Below, piece after piece: positions 9,881 to 19,122 of a stretch of DNA of 64,000 nt. The position numbers and the translations under genes are program-made. The DNA is from Bdellovibrionales bacterium. Lineage in GTDB: Bacteria; Bdellovibrionota; Bdellovibrionia; Bdellovibrionales; Bdellovibrionaceae. The DNA is taken from positions 120,500-184,499 of the forward strand of contig JANMPT010000110.1 in the NCBI GenBank assembly GCA_031370005.1. The letters run 5' to 3'. Each line of letters begins with the position of its first letter. Positions within the stretch are counted from its first letter, which is position 1. The notes beneath the pieces are model-generated. The model was given only the letters and a program-made list of their open reading frames with translations. It did no database searches and had not been told where the DNA came from.

Positions 9881-10576
9881 ATGAAAGTACTCATTATCAT
9901 TCCTACTTATAATGAAAAAGAAAATATTCAAAATATCGTGCAAGCTGTTTTTGCACAAAACTTAGGCGTTGATATTTTGATTGTGGATGATAGCTCTCCA
10001 GATGGAACGGCTCAAATCGTTCAAGGGCTTCAAAAAAGTAATTCTAAGCTTCATTTGCTTTCCCGGCCTGGTAAACAGGGCCTGGGCCGCGCATATATTG
10101 CAGGTTTTAATTGGGGCATAGAACAAGGCTACGATATTTTAACCGAAATGGATGCGGATTTCTCCCATCGTCCTGAGGACTTGGGGCTCTTGCTCGATAA
10201 ATTAAGTGACCATGATTTTGCAGTGGGCTCACGTTATGTTGAGGGTGGACGTACGGTGAATTGGGGAATCATGAGGAAAATCATTTCCCGCAGCGGTGGT
10301 GTTTACTCTCGATTGATTTTAGGTTTCCCGCTGAATGATTGGACAGGTGGATTTAATGCTTGGAAGAAGGAAGTTTTACTTGGCATAGATCTCAGTACTG
10401 TCGCTTCAAATGGTTATAGCTTTCAAATAGAACTCAAATATAAAGCTCTGAAAAAAGGCTTTAAAGGAGCTGAGTCCCCGATTATTTTTGAAGATCGTCG
10501 GGTCGGTCACAGCAAGATGTCTTTTAGAATAGTAATCGAAGCTTTTTATCGAGTATGGCTGATGCGTTTTAAATAG
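9881..10576 (+). CDS. Polyprenol-monophosphomannose synthase-like GT2 glycosyltransferase
   Basis: IIPTYNEKENI, VDDSSPDGT, MDADFSH and GYSFQIE motifs (DPM1-like). Confidence 0.92.
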   Translation: MKVLIIIPTYNEKENIQNIVQAVFAQNLGVDILIVDDSSPDGTAQIVQGLQKSNSKLHLLSRPGKQGLGRAYIAGFNWGIEQGYDILTEMDADFSHRPEDLGLLLDKLSDHDFAVGSRYVEGGRTVNWGIMRKIISRSGGVYSRLILGFPLNDWTGGFNAWKKEVLLGIDLSTVASNGYSFQIELKYKALKKGFKGAESPIIFEDRRVGHSKMSFRIVIEAFYRVWLMRFK

Positions 10577-10587
10577 GTACAAAAGTT

Positions 10588-11427
10588 ATGAACTACCTTT
10601 TTTTTATGATTTTGTTTTTTGTAGGATTTGGTGCCTCGGCTCAATCGCAGAAAGCTATGGTCATTAACGATGGAGCCCTTGTTTACAAAAATGCAGATTT
10701 TGATGCGCCGGTATTGACTCGACTGAGGGCTGGCAAGGTTTACGATATTTCCTTGAAGACCAAAGGCCCATTTTACAAAGTCCGTATTAAACCCGGAGTA
10801 ATAGGTTGGATTGCTGACATCGACGTCCGCCTTGGCAAAGGAGCTAAATTAGCGAAAGGGCGCACGGGGAAAATTAATTCGAAAAATAATGTAGCAAAGA
10901 AACAACCGCAAAAGTCTTTTTATGCCAGTCGCTATCGTGGGCCTCTGATTTCCTATTTATCTTACAGCGAAAACAGTATGGGCGCTTTGCATTCTCAGAA
11001 CTTACCATTTTATGGGGTGAAGGTGGCGGGTCCTGACACCATGTTTAGTGGTGACTTTAGAACTGATGCTGAATTTTTATTCCACTTCGGCGCTCCAAGC
11101 TATTATGAAAAAGGCACTGGCTTTCCGGCGAGCGGTTGGATTTTTCAAACTGATTTTATTTTTGAGACGGCGTCTCCCCAAAGCAAATGGCATATGCTGA
11201 CCTATGGCTTTGGTCCAATGTTTAAATACTCCCATTATGAAGTGACTCTTTTGCAAAATGCGAAGCCAGTGTCGTATAGCCTTGATGATATGACTTTAGG
11301 AGCAGTTTTTGACCTGGGTTTGAGTTTTCGAATTGCGTCTACCTACGCACTGCGTTTTAACATCAAGTACTACTGGGAAAAGACCAAGTATTGGGGGGGG
11401 AGTCTCACTTTTGGTTTTCCTTTTTAA
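10588..11427 (+). CDS. Exported SH3b-domain protein with a probable C-terminal beta-barrel
   Basis: Signal peptide; SH3b-like segment ..FYKVRIKPGVIGWI; basic linker; beta-strand-rich C-terminus ending in F. Confidence 0.6.
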   Translation: MNYLFFMILFFVGFGASAQSQKAMVINDGALVYKNADFDAPVLTRLRAGKVYDISLKTKGPFYKVRIKPGVIGWIADIDVRLGKGAKLAKGRTGKINSKNNVAKKQPQKSFYASRYRGPLISYLSYSENSMGALHSQNLPFYGVKVAGPDTMFSGDFRTDAEFLFHFGAPSYYEKGTGFPASGWIFQTDFIFETASPQSKWHMLTYGFGPMFKYSHYEVTLLQNAKPVSYSLDDMTLGAVFDLGLSFRIASTYALRFNIKYYWEKTKYWGGSLTFGFPF

Positions 11428-11450
11428 GCCCCGCGCGGTACTGAATTTCT

Positions 11451-13193
11451 ATGTCAATTCAAGTATTGCCTCCTGAAGTGATCGATCAAATTGCCGCTGG
11501 TGAAGTGGTAGAAAGACCAGCGCATCTTGTGAAGGAGCTGGTGGAAAACAGCATTGATGCCGGCGCCACTGCAGTCACTGTGGAGTTTTCTGAAGGTGGC
11601 CGTTATGTAAAGGTTATCGATAACGGTAGGGGCATTTCCCCCGAACAATTGCCAAAGGCTTTGGAAAGATTTGCCACTAGTAAAATTTCAAAAAGCGATG
11701 ATCTTTGGAAGTTGCATACCTTTGGGTTTAGAGGTGAAGCTCTTGCAAGTATCGCAGCAGTGAGTAAGCTGAATCTAACCTCACGGCCACCTGGGGCAGA
11801 GAAGGCGCATCAGCTTTTGAGCGAGTACGGCAAGAAAATGTCTGTGGATGCAGTGGGCGGTTCTGAGGGAACCTCGATTACAATTCAAGAACTTTTTGCC
11901 AATGTTCCTGCTCGTTTAAAATTCTTAAAATCGGATGCAGCAGAAGGCACACAAATTAAAACAACCTTGAAGGCTTTGGCTCTGGCGCATGCTGAGATAG
12001 AGTTTCGAGTTTATGAAAAAAATGAGTTGGTATTTTTCTGGCCATCTTGCATATCCCGTAAGGATCGTGTTGAACAAATTTTAGAAATTAAACCTATGTA
12101 CGTGGGGCAGGCGCAACGTGAGAACGTGATGGCCTATGCCGTTTTTGCAGATCCTCATCAAGTTGCAAAAACTGGAAGAAGTGTTTGGCTGTTTGCTCAA
12201 AACCGCTGGGTTCAAGACCGCAGCATGCAAGCTGCAGTGATGGAAGCATATCGAAATCTGCTCATGCATGGTGAGTACCCTATTGTGGTCGTTTGGTTGG
12301 AGGTGGACCCTGAATATATCGACGTGAATATTCACCCGACGAAATCGCAAGTAAAGTTTCACAATCCATCTCTCGTATTTAGAGCGGTGCAAGCGGCAAT
12401 AAGAGAAACTTTAGAAAAAGCGCCATGGACACCAGAAGTGCAAAAGGGGCCACGTGACTCTGGTTTAGGCGAATCCATGATTACTCCTCAGGTACAGTCG
12501 TCTTTTGCTCACCAAGATTTTCATGTCACTCAATTTCAAAAGAAAGATTTTTCCTTGAAAATCATGGAGAGCCCCGTTTCGACCATTTCAATGGAAGCGT
12601 CAAGCGGCTATTGGTCCACCTTAGAGGTCCTCGGGCAGGCAAATCTCACCTATATTATATGCCAAAGTCGCGACAAATTGGTTTTCGTAGATCAACATGC
12701 GGCTCATGAACGTGTGGTCTTTGAAAGATTGATGGACGCATGGAGGGGGAGCAAAATGGAAGTGCAAGAGTTTCTTTTCCCTCTTGTTGTGGACTTAACA
12801 CCTGATAAGATCGAAGCCCTGCAAAACTTTTTTCCAGATCTTGAAAAACTCGGTGTTTTTTTAGAGGTTCTGGGGCCTATAACTGTAGGAGTAAGAGCCG
12901 CGCCAACATTAATTAAAGAGTCGATTCTAAGCTCTGTGCTTGATAAAATGGCAGGTGACGTTCTAGATCTTGGTGGAAGCTTCCGAATGGAAAAAGTTGT
13001 CGGTGATATTTGTGCAACGATGTCTTGTCACTCCGTCGTGCGCGCTGGACAGGCATTGAGTGCTGAGCAGATGAGGAGTCTTCTTTCTGAAATGGATGAA
13101 TACCCATTATCGAGCTTCTGTCCTCATGGTCGCCCAGTTTCTGTCGAATACCCTTACATAAAACTCGAAAGAGATTTCGGACGTATTGTCTAA
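11451..13193 (+). CDS. mutL: DNA mismatch repair endonuclease MutL
   Basis: IAAGEVVERP, GFRGEALASI, and endonuclease motifs DQHAAHER and CPHGRP. Confidence 0.98.
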   Translation: MSIQVLPPEVIDQIAAGEVVERPAHLVKELVENSIDAGATAVTVEFSEGGRYVKVIDNGRGISPEQLPKALERFATSKISKSDDLWKLHTFGFRGEALASIAAVSKLNLTSRPPGAEKAHQLLSEYGKKMSVDAVGGSEGTSITIQELFANVPARLKFLKSDAAEGTQIKTTLKALALAHAEIEFRVYEKNELVFFWPSCISRKDRVEQILEIKPMYVGQAQRENVMAYAVFADPHQVAKTGRSVWLFAQNRWVQDRSMQAAVMEAYRNLLMHGEYPIVVVWLEVDPEYIDVNIHPTKSQVKFHNPSLVFRAVQAAIRETLEKAPWTPEVQKGPRDSGLGESMITPQVQSSFAHQDFHVTQFQKKDFSLKIMESPVSTISMEASSGYWSTLEVLGQANLTYIICQSRDKLVFVDQHAAHERVVFERLMDAWRGSKMEVQEFLFPLVVDLTPDKIEALQNFFPDLEKLGVFLEVLGPITVGVRAAPTLIKESILSSVLDKMAGDVLDLGGSFRMEKVVGDICATMSCHSVVRAGQALSAEQMRSLLSEMDEYPLSSFCPHGRPVSVEYPYIKLERDFGRIV

Positions 13194-14128
13194 TGAGGAC
13201 AGCAAAACCAGTTGTTTTTGTTGTGGGCGCGACTGCCTCAGGAAAGAGTCAGTGGGGCTTGGATTTGGCAAGAAGTTTTTCTGGTGCTATTGTGAACTGT
13301 GATAGCGTCCAGCTTTATAAATCTCTAGATATTGGTACGGCCAAACCCACTCATGAAGAGATGAGTATGGTCCCACATTACTTATATGACTATGTCCCAG
13401 AAGGGGCGACAATGACTGCTGGGAATTACTGCCGTGATTTCTTTCTTTGTATGGAAAAATTGCCTGTGGAAAAGCCTGCTTTTGTTATAGGTGGAACAGG
13501 ATTTTATTTTCAAGCCATCGAAAAGGGTATGTACCCAGTACGCCAGACCTCTATGGCGATTCAAAATGAAATCGCTGAAGTTATGAAGACAACAGGGGGG
13601 GTTGAGACACTTTACGCTGAATTTCAGCGTGTGGACCCTGAGGCTGCTAGAAAAATTCATGTACAAGATCATTATCGTTTGGGACGCGCCATGGAGCTTA
13701 TTCGCGCCGAAGGCAAAACGCTGACTCAGATTCAAAAAGAGTTCAGTGAAAAACAAACTCCATTTCCCTATCCCTTATTGAAGCTTGGCCTCCGCTGGGA
13801 TCGTGAAGTTTTGCGGGAGCGAGTTGGCCTTCGCACTCAAAAAATATTGGATGCAGGGCTTGTGGCTGAAGTCGAGGGCTTATTGGCTCGTGGCTTTGGA
13901 GAATGGCCGGCCTTAAAAAGCGTTGGCTATAAAGAGGTCCTTGAATTTCTTCGTGAGGGAAAGTCCCAGCGCTGGCTTTATGACAATATCGTGCAAAATA
14001 CCATGGGCTTGGTCAAGAGACAAAGAACTTGGTTTCAACGTGACAAGGAAATTCGCTGGTTTAGTGGTGCAACAGGTTTTCATCAGGCCCTTGAAGAGGT
14101 TGAGAAATTTCTAACTTCCCATAGGTAA
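13193..14128 (+). CDS. miaA: tRNA dimethylallyltransferase
   Basis: GATASGKS, DSVQLY..LDIGTAKP, GGTGFY and KRQRTWF motifs. Confidence 0.97.
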   Translation: MRTAKPVVFVVGATASGKSQWGLDLARSFSGAIVNCDSVQLYKSLDIGTAKPTHEEMSMVPHYLYDYVPEGATMTAGNYCRDFFLCMEKLPVEKPAFVIGGTGFYFQAIEKGMYPVRQTSMAIQNEIAEVMKTTGGVETLYAEFQRVDPEAARKIHVQDHYRLGRAMELIRAEGKTLTQIQKEFSEKQTPFPYPLLKLGLRWDREVLRERVGLRTQKILDAGLVAEVEGLLARGFGEWPALKSVGYKEVLEFLREGKSQRWLYDNIVQNTMGLVKRQRTWFQRDKEIRWFSGATGFHQALEEVEKFLTSHR

Positions 14129-14214
14129 AGTAGCCAAGGCTCAAACAGAGGTTCTTGGCGACTTCGAAAGAAATACTCCCAATTGGGTAAAGGCTAATGT
14201 ATCGTGGAGAGCAT

Positions 14215-15093
14215 ATGAAAAGTATGACTGGATATGGCACCGCAAAGGTGCAGCAAAAAGACCTCAATATAGAAGTCAGTATTCGTTCTGTGAATGGACG
14301 ATTCTTAGATACGAGATTTCATCTGCCCCGTGAGTTCGTAGCGTTTGAGGCAGATCTTAAAAAACTGCTTAATGAAAAAATTTCTCGTGGAACGGTGGAC
14401 ATATTTGTAAACCGTAAGAACAAAGCAATTCACGAAACTGCCGAAGTTTGTGTAAATGAAGCACTTGCAAAAAAATATTTAACGGCTTTTCAAAGAATTG
14501 CTAAAGCGACCAAACTTTCACCTCAAGTTCACCTTGAAATTTTGGCTCGCATGCCAGATGTGATTCAAGTGGAAGAGAAACATGAAGTTTCTTCTCACGA
14601 GGAAAAGATGTTGAAGTCTGTTTTCGTAAAAGCTTGTGGTGATTGTGTGAAGGAACGCGAGCGTGAGGGGAAATTCTTGCAAAAAGAGCTCGAAAAGCTC
14701 ATGCATGATCTTGAAGGACAAGTCAGTATTGTGTCGAGTTTACGTGAGGAGGCAAATCGTCACTTGCAAGAGCGTTTTGAGCAGAAGATTGGCAATCGCT
14801 TAAAAGGCCAAGAAATTGATACTCAACGCCTTACGCAGGAGATTGTGTTACAGTTAGAAAAAGCCGATATAAATGAAGAGCTGGTTCGTCTTACTGAACA
14901 TATTAAAAACTATAAAGATTTGCTAAGAAGCAGCCACGGGGAAGGTAAAAAGCTTGATTTTTATACACAGGAATTACTCCGCGAGGTGAACACGGTTGGT
15001 TCGAAGTCTCAGGTAGCCAAGATCACTCAGGCTGTGGTAGAAGCAAAAACAATCATTGAAAGACTTAGAGAACAGGTTCAAAACGTCGAATGA
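14215..15093 (+). CDS. yicC: YicC/YloC family endoribonuclease
   Basis: MKSMTGYG..SVNGRFLD; C-terminal GKKLDFYTQELLREVNTVGSK..REQVQNVE; lies upstream of gmk. Confidence 0.93.
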   Translation: MKSMTGYGTAKVQQKDLNIEVSIRSVNGRFLDTRFHLPREFVAFEADLKKLLNEKISRGTVDIFVNRKNKAIHETAEVCVNEALAKKYLTAFQRIAKATKLSPQVHLEILARMPDVIQVEEKHEVSSHEEKMLKSVFVKACGDCVKEREREGKFLQKELEKLMHDLEGQVSIVSSLREEANRHLQERFEQKIGNRLKGQEIDTQRLTQEIVLQLEKADINEELVRLTEHIKNYKDLLRSSHGEGKKLDFYTQELLREVNTVGSKSQVAKITQAVVEAKTIIERLREQVQNVE

Positions 15094-15647
15094 AAACGAG
15101 AATGATTATTGTCGCGGCTCCTAGCGGCGCGGGAAAAAGTAGCTTTGTCGAAAGAATATGTCGCGAGGAAAAACGCCTTGAAGACACAGTCACATATACG
15201 ACAAGAGCTATGCGCAAGGGGGAGACTCAAGGCCACCCTTATCACTTTGTCTCTAGGGATGAGTTTGAAGCAAAAATTAAAGAGAACTTTTTTGTAGAAT
15301 GGGCGCAGGTCCATACGAATCTTTACGGCACCCCTTATTATCAACTTGAAACCGCCTGGCTTCGTGGCAAGTGTGTCATCATGGACGTTGATGTTCAGGG
15401 AGCGGATAGTTTTAAAGCAAAATATTCAGATGCGGTTTCGATATTCATTCTGCCACCAAGTATTGACGAATTGCGTCGTAGAATTGAGAAGCGGGATGGT
15501 GGAATTCCTGAAGATATCGAAATCCGTATGGCTAATGCTGAGAAGGAGATGAGGCAGTCCTCTCACTTTGATTATCTAATTGTGAATGATCAATTTGACC
15601 ACTCCTATGGTCAATTTAAAAAAATCATTGAAGAGTTACTGACTTAG
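15090..15647 (+). CDS. gmk: Guanylate kinase
   Basis: APSGAGKS, TTRAMRKGE, YHFVS and YGT motifs. Confidence 0.97.
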   Translation: MKTRMIIVAAPSGAGKSSFVERICREEKRLEDTVTYTTRAMRKGETQGHPYHFVSRDEFEAKIKENFFVEWAQVHTNLYGTPYYQLETAWLRGKCVIMDVDVQGADSFKAKYSDAVSIFILPPSIDELRRRIEKRDGGIPEDIEIRMANAEKEMRQSSHFDYLIVNDQFDHSYGQFKKIIEELLT

Positions 15648-15675
15648 AGATATTTTGGCCCCTTTGGAGGTATGA

Positions 15676-15918
15676 ATGGCACGCGTCACGGTGGAAGATT
15701 GCTTGAGTAAGGTTCCCAATCGTTTTGCTTTGGTATTAATGGTTTCAAAAAGAGCGAAGCAATTGCTAAAGGGTTCTGAGTGCACAGTGGCTGCGCGTAG
15801 TAATAAATATATCGTCAGTGCCCTTCGCGAAGTTGCCGCTGGCAATGTAGGTTATGACGATGCTCATATGGACCCATTGGTTCTTCATGCTGAGATTGAA
15901 AACGATCTTAGAAAATAG
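15676..15918 (+). CDS. rpoZ: RNA polymerase omega subunit
   Basis: [27 protein letters not shown] Shine-Dalgarno. Confidence 0.97.
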   Translation: MARVTVEDCLSKVPNRFALVLMVSKRAKQLLKGSECTVAARSNKYIVSALREVAAGNVGYDDAHMDPLVLHAEIENDLRK

Positions 15919-16072
15919 CTAGGCTGACTTAAGCTTATTAAGTCTAGTCAGTGCTACTTCATTTTCTTAGGATTTGTATTTCCCATGAAAACGGAACTTA
16001 GTCTAAAGTCCTAAATGTTTGAAAATACGAATATATTTCACCAAGTGAACAAGTCTGCATTGAGTTTCTTTC

Positions 16073-16101
16073 TTGGTCCCTTTTAGCATCTACGCTATCA
16101 T
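16073..16101 (+). promoter_or_regulatory. Sigma70-type promoter immediately upstream of the rel start codon
   Basis: TTGGTC-N17-TATCAT ending 8 nt before ATG 16110; no Shine-Dalgarno. Confidence 0.5.
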
Positions 16102-16109
16102 TTATTGAT

Positions 16110-18326
16110 ATGTCAGAGAGCTCATCGGAAAACGGTCTATCCCAGGGACCCACAAAAACTTTAGAGGATCTTTTAAATAAAATTAGAGCCTATTTTCCGC
16201 AAGCCGATCTTAAAGTAATTGAAAAGGCCTATTATTTTTCTGAGCATGCACATGAGGGGCAAATTCGTCGTTCAGGTGAGCCCTATATTTCTCATCCGCT
16301 TTCAGTTGCGGGGATTTTGGCAGATTTACATCTGGATTTAGATTCGATTATGACCGGTCTTTTACATGACACAGTGGAGGACACCTATGCCACTCTCGAT
16401 GATATTCGTCGGGAGTTCGGCGATGCAGTGGCTCAGCTTGTTGATGGCGTAACGAAGATCTCACAAATGAAATTTAAGAATAGTAACGAAAAGCAAGGCG
16501 AGAACATTCGCAAGATGATTGTGGCCATGGGGCGTGATGTGCGTGTGCTTTTAGTGAAGCTTTGCGATCGTTTGCATAATATGCGCACGATGAACTTCAT
16601 GCCCTTTGAAAAGCAAGAGCGCATTGCTCTTGAAACCCTTGAGATCTATTGCCCACTCGCAGGTCGCATGGGTATTAGTTCTCTTAAGATCGAGCTCGAG
16701 GATTTGTGTTTCAGATATTATCGTCCGGATATGTACTATGAACTTAGTCAAAAGGTAAAAAAGACTGAGGCAGAGCGTAGTCGGTATATTGACGAAGTAA
16801 AAGATCTTATTAGTAGCGAACTGCAGTCTTCGAACTTTAAGTTTGATGTGTTTGGTCGTTCAAAACACCTGTGGTCTATTTATAAAAAAATGCAAACTCG
16901 TAATATTGATTACGAACAACTCTACGATGTTTTGGCTTTCCGTGTGATTGTTGAGACAGTTGCTGAGTGTTACGGCGTGTTGGGGTTGGTGCACTCACTA
17001 TGGAAGCCTATTCCAGGTCGTTTTAAAGACTTTATTGCCATGCCAAAAGCGAATAACTATCAATCATTGCACACCACAGTGATGGGACCCGGCGGGGAAC
17101 GCATCGAGATTCAAATTCGTACTCGCGAAATGCATTTGGTTGCTGAACGCGGGATCGCCGCGCATTGGAAATACAAAGAGCGTGGAAAAGTTGATGATGA
17201 TAGTGAATTTCAACAAGTGAACTGGTTAAAGGATCTTGTGAATTCTCACCAGCAAGTAAAGAATGCCGATGAATTCCTAGACAGTGTGAAGACTGATCTT
17301 TTTGACACTGAGATTTATGTATTTACCCCGAAAGGGGAGGTGCGTGAGTTTCCCGAAGGTGCGACTCCTTTGGATTTTGCATATGCAGTTCATACTGAAC
17401 TTGGAAATAAGTGTGTGGGGGCACGAGTTAATGGCAAAATGGTGCCGCTTCGCCATCAATTGCAAAATGGAGATACGATTGAAATCATCACCTCTAAAAC
17501 TCAGGTGCCATCGAAGGATTGGCTTAAATACGCCGTCACTAATAAAGCAAAACAAAAAATTCGTCAGTACGTTAAGGAAGAACAGCGCCGTCGATCTTTA
17601 ACTCTTGGAAAGGATTTGGTCGAGAAGGAGTTCCGTAAGTTTGGAATGGCTGCGGTGAAACACTTAAAGGGTTCCGAGTATGAGATTTTCTTAAAAGAGA
17701 ATGGTCTCAAGGATCTTGATGAGCTTTATGTGAAAGTCGGATATGGACGACTGGAGCCCCGTCATTTGGTGGATCGTGTTTCTCCGTCGTCTATTGCCAA
17801 GGAAGCAGCGAAAACTGAAGAAACTACCTTTATGGAAAAGGTGGTTAAGGCTGCTGCCCAAAAAACTCGACGAAGTAATTCGCTTGTGAGTGTCGATGGC
17901 ATGGATGATGTGCTTGTTCACTTTGCGAAATGCTGTCACCCTATTCCCGGAGACTCCATTAGTGGATTTATTTCTCGAGGTCGTGGAATTATGGTTCATC
18001 GCGCTGATTGCCCGAAGGGCTTTGAGTTCGATCAGCTTCGCAAGGTGGACGTTGCCTGGACGAGTGATCAAGCTTCCGTAGGACAAGAGCGCATGGTGCG
18101 CGTCCGAGTCATCAGTCATGATGTTCCGGGCTTATTAAAATCAATGTCTGAAGTTTTTGCTGTTCAGGGGATTAATATCGAGTCCGCACAAATTCGTACG
18201 ACCAAAGATAAAAAGGCCTTATGCAACTTCGAAGTCAGCGTAAGGGACGCCACACAATTAAATAATGCCATCTACGAGCTACAAAAAATCAAAGGCATCC
18301 TCGGCGTAACCCGTGTTTTCCACTAA
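16110..18326 (+). CDS. relA: Bifunctional (p)ppGpp synthetase/hydrolase (long RSH: HD, SYNTH, TGS, ACT)
   Basis: RRSGEPYISHP, LHDTVED (intact HD), DRLHNMRT, YQSLHTT, EIQIRT, TGS DFAYAVHT, C-terminal ACT. Confidence 0.97.
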   Translation: MSESSSENGLSQGPTKTLEDLLNKIRAYFPQADLKVIEKAYYFSEHAHEGQIRRSGEPYISHPLSVAGILADLHLDLDSIMTGLLHDTVEDTYATLDDIRREFGDAVAQLVDGVTKISQMKFKNSNEKQGENIRKMIVAMGRDVRVLLVKLCDRLHNMRTMNFMPFEKQERIALETLEIYCPLAGRMGISSLKIELEDLCFRYYRPDMYYELSQKVKKTEAERSRYIDEVKDLISSELQSSNFKFDVFGRSKHLWSIYKKMQTRNIDYEQLYDVLAFRVIVETVAECYGVLGLVHSLWKPIPGRFKDFIAMPKANNYQSLHTTVMGPGGERIEIQIRTREMHLVAERGIAAHWKYKERGKVDDDSEFQQVNWLKDLVNSHQQVKNADEFLDSVKTDLFDTEIYVFTPKGEVREFPEGATPLDFAYAVHTELGNKCVGARVNGKMVPLRHQLQNGDTIEIITSKTQVPSKDWLKYAVTNKAKQKIRQYVKEEQRRRSLTLGKDLVEKEFRKFGMAAVKHLKGSEYEIFLKENGLKDLDELYVKVGYGRLEPRHLVDRVSPSSIAKEAAKTEETTFMEKVVKAAAQKTRRSNSLVSVDGMDDVLVHFAKCCHPIPGDSISGFISRGRGIMVHRADCPKGFEFDQLRKVDVAWTSDQASVGQERMVRVRVISHDVPGLLKSMSEVFAVQGINIESAQIRTTKDKKALCNFEVSVRDATQLNNAIYELQKIKGILGVTRVFH

Positions 18327-18329
18327 AGT

Positions 18330-18355
18330 AAAGGGTACCAGCTCGCTTTTCCGGA
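18330..18355 (+). repeat. Left imperfect inverted repeat (REP-like) of the RAYT element
   Basis: AAAGGGTACCAGCTCGCTTTTCCGGA matches the reverse complement of 19097-19122 at 21/26 positions. Confidence 0.75.
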
Positions 18356-18424
18356 ACAGATCGAAACTATACACCTCTAAGCTTGTGGTACGGATTCTGC
18401 TTAAGACGACCTCATGGAGGTCCC

Positions 18425-19069
18425 GTGCCCCGCAAATTACATATTGCTCATTCGGAGTGTCCGTATCACGTCACAGCTCGCTCGCATGATGGAGTTTGGT
18501 TTCAAATTTCGATTTCCAAAACATGGGAAATTATGACCGACTATCTCTATTTTATTCAGCGTGCATATAAAGTGAAAATTCATTCTTTTGTTCTGATGAG
18601 CAACCATTTTCATCTCCTTATTTCGACGCCAGAAGCTAATATAAGTGCAGCTATGAACTACTTTATGAGAGAGACTAGCAAGGAAATTAATCGCATCTCT
18701 GGAAAAAAGAATCAAGTATACGGTGGGCGCTACTATCGCAGCATTATTAAATGCGATCTTCACTTTCAACACGTTTATAAGTATATTTATAGAAACCCAA
18801 TTTCTGCCAACCTAACGCCAGATTGTGAAAGCTATCGTTATAGTACATTGCACGGACTTCTTGGGAAAAGCCCTCTGTATATCCCCCTAGAGGATGATCA
18901 TTTACTGTTTGGAGAGGGAAATCTAAGTAGTGCTTTAGTGTGGCTTAATACTCCACCGAATTTGCAAAATTACGAGATTCTTAGAAAGGCTTTAAGACGA
19001 AAGATTCTTAAGTTTCCAAGAAATCGTTCTGGAGACTGTCGGCATACCTTAGAAATGCATTCATTTTAA
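18425..19069 (+). mobile_element. REP-associated tyrosine transposase (RAYT/TnpA-REP, Y1 HUH family)
   Basis: YHVTAR, HUH motif MSNHFHLL, catalytic-Tyr motif YIYRNP, YRYST. GTG 18425 follows GGAGG. Confidence 0.88.
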
Positions 19070-19096
19070 AGTCAAAAGCGAATTTATTTGAATTGA

Positions 19097-19122
19097 TCCC
19101 GAAAAGCGACCAGCTACCTTTT
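19097..19122 (-). repeat. Right imperfect inverted repeat (REP-like) of the RAYT element
   Basis: TCCCGAAAAGCGACCAGCTACCTTTT, the inverted partner of 18330-18355. Confidence 0.75.

Noticed and set aside
15919..16109. tRNA or 6S RNA in the rpoZ-rel spacer
   Set aside because: No cloverleaf or TTCGA arm, and no single long rod with a central bubble; only local hairpins.
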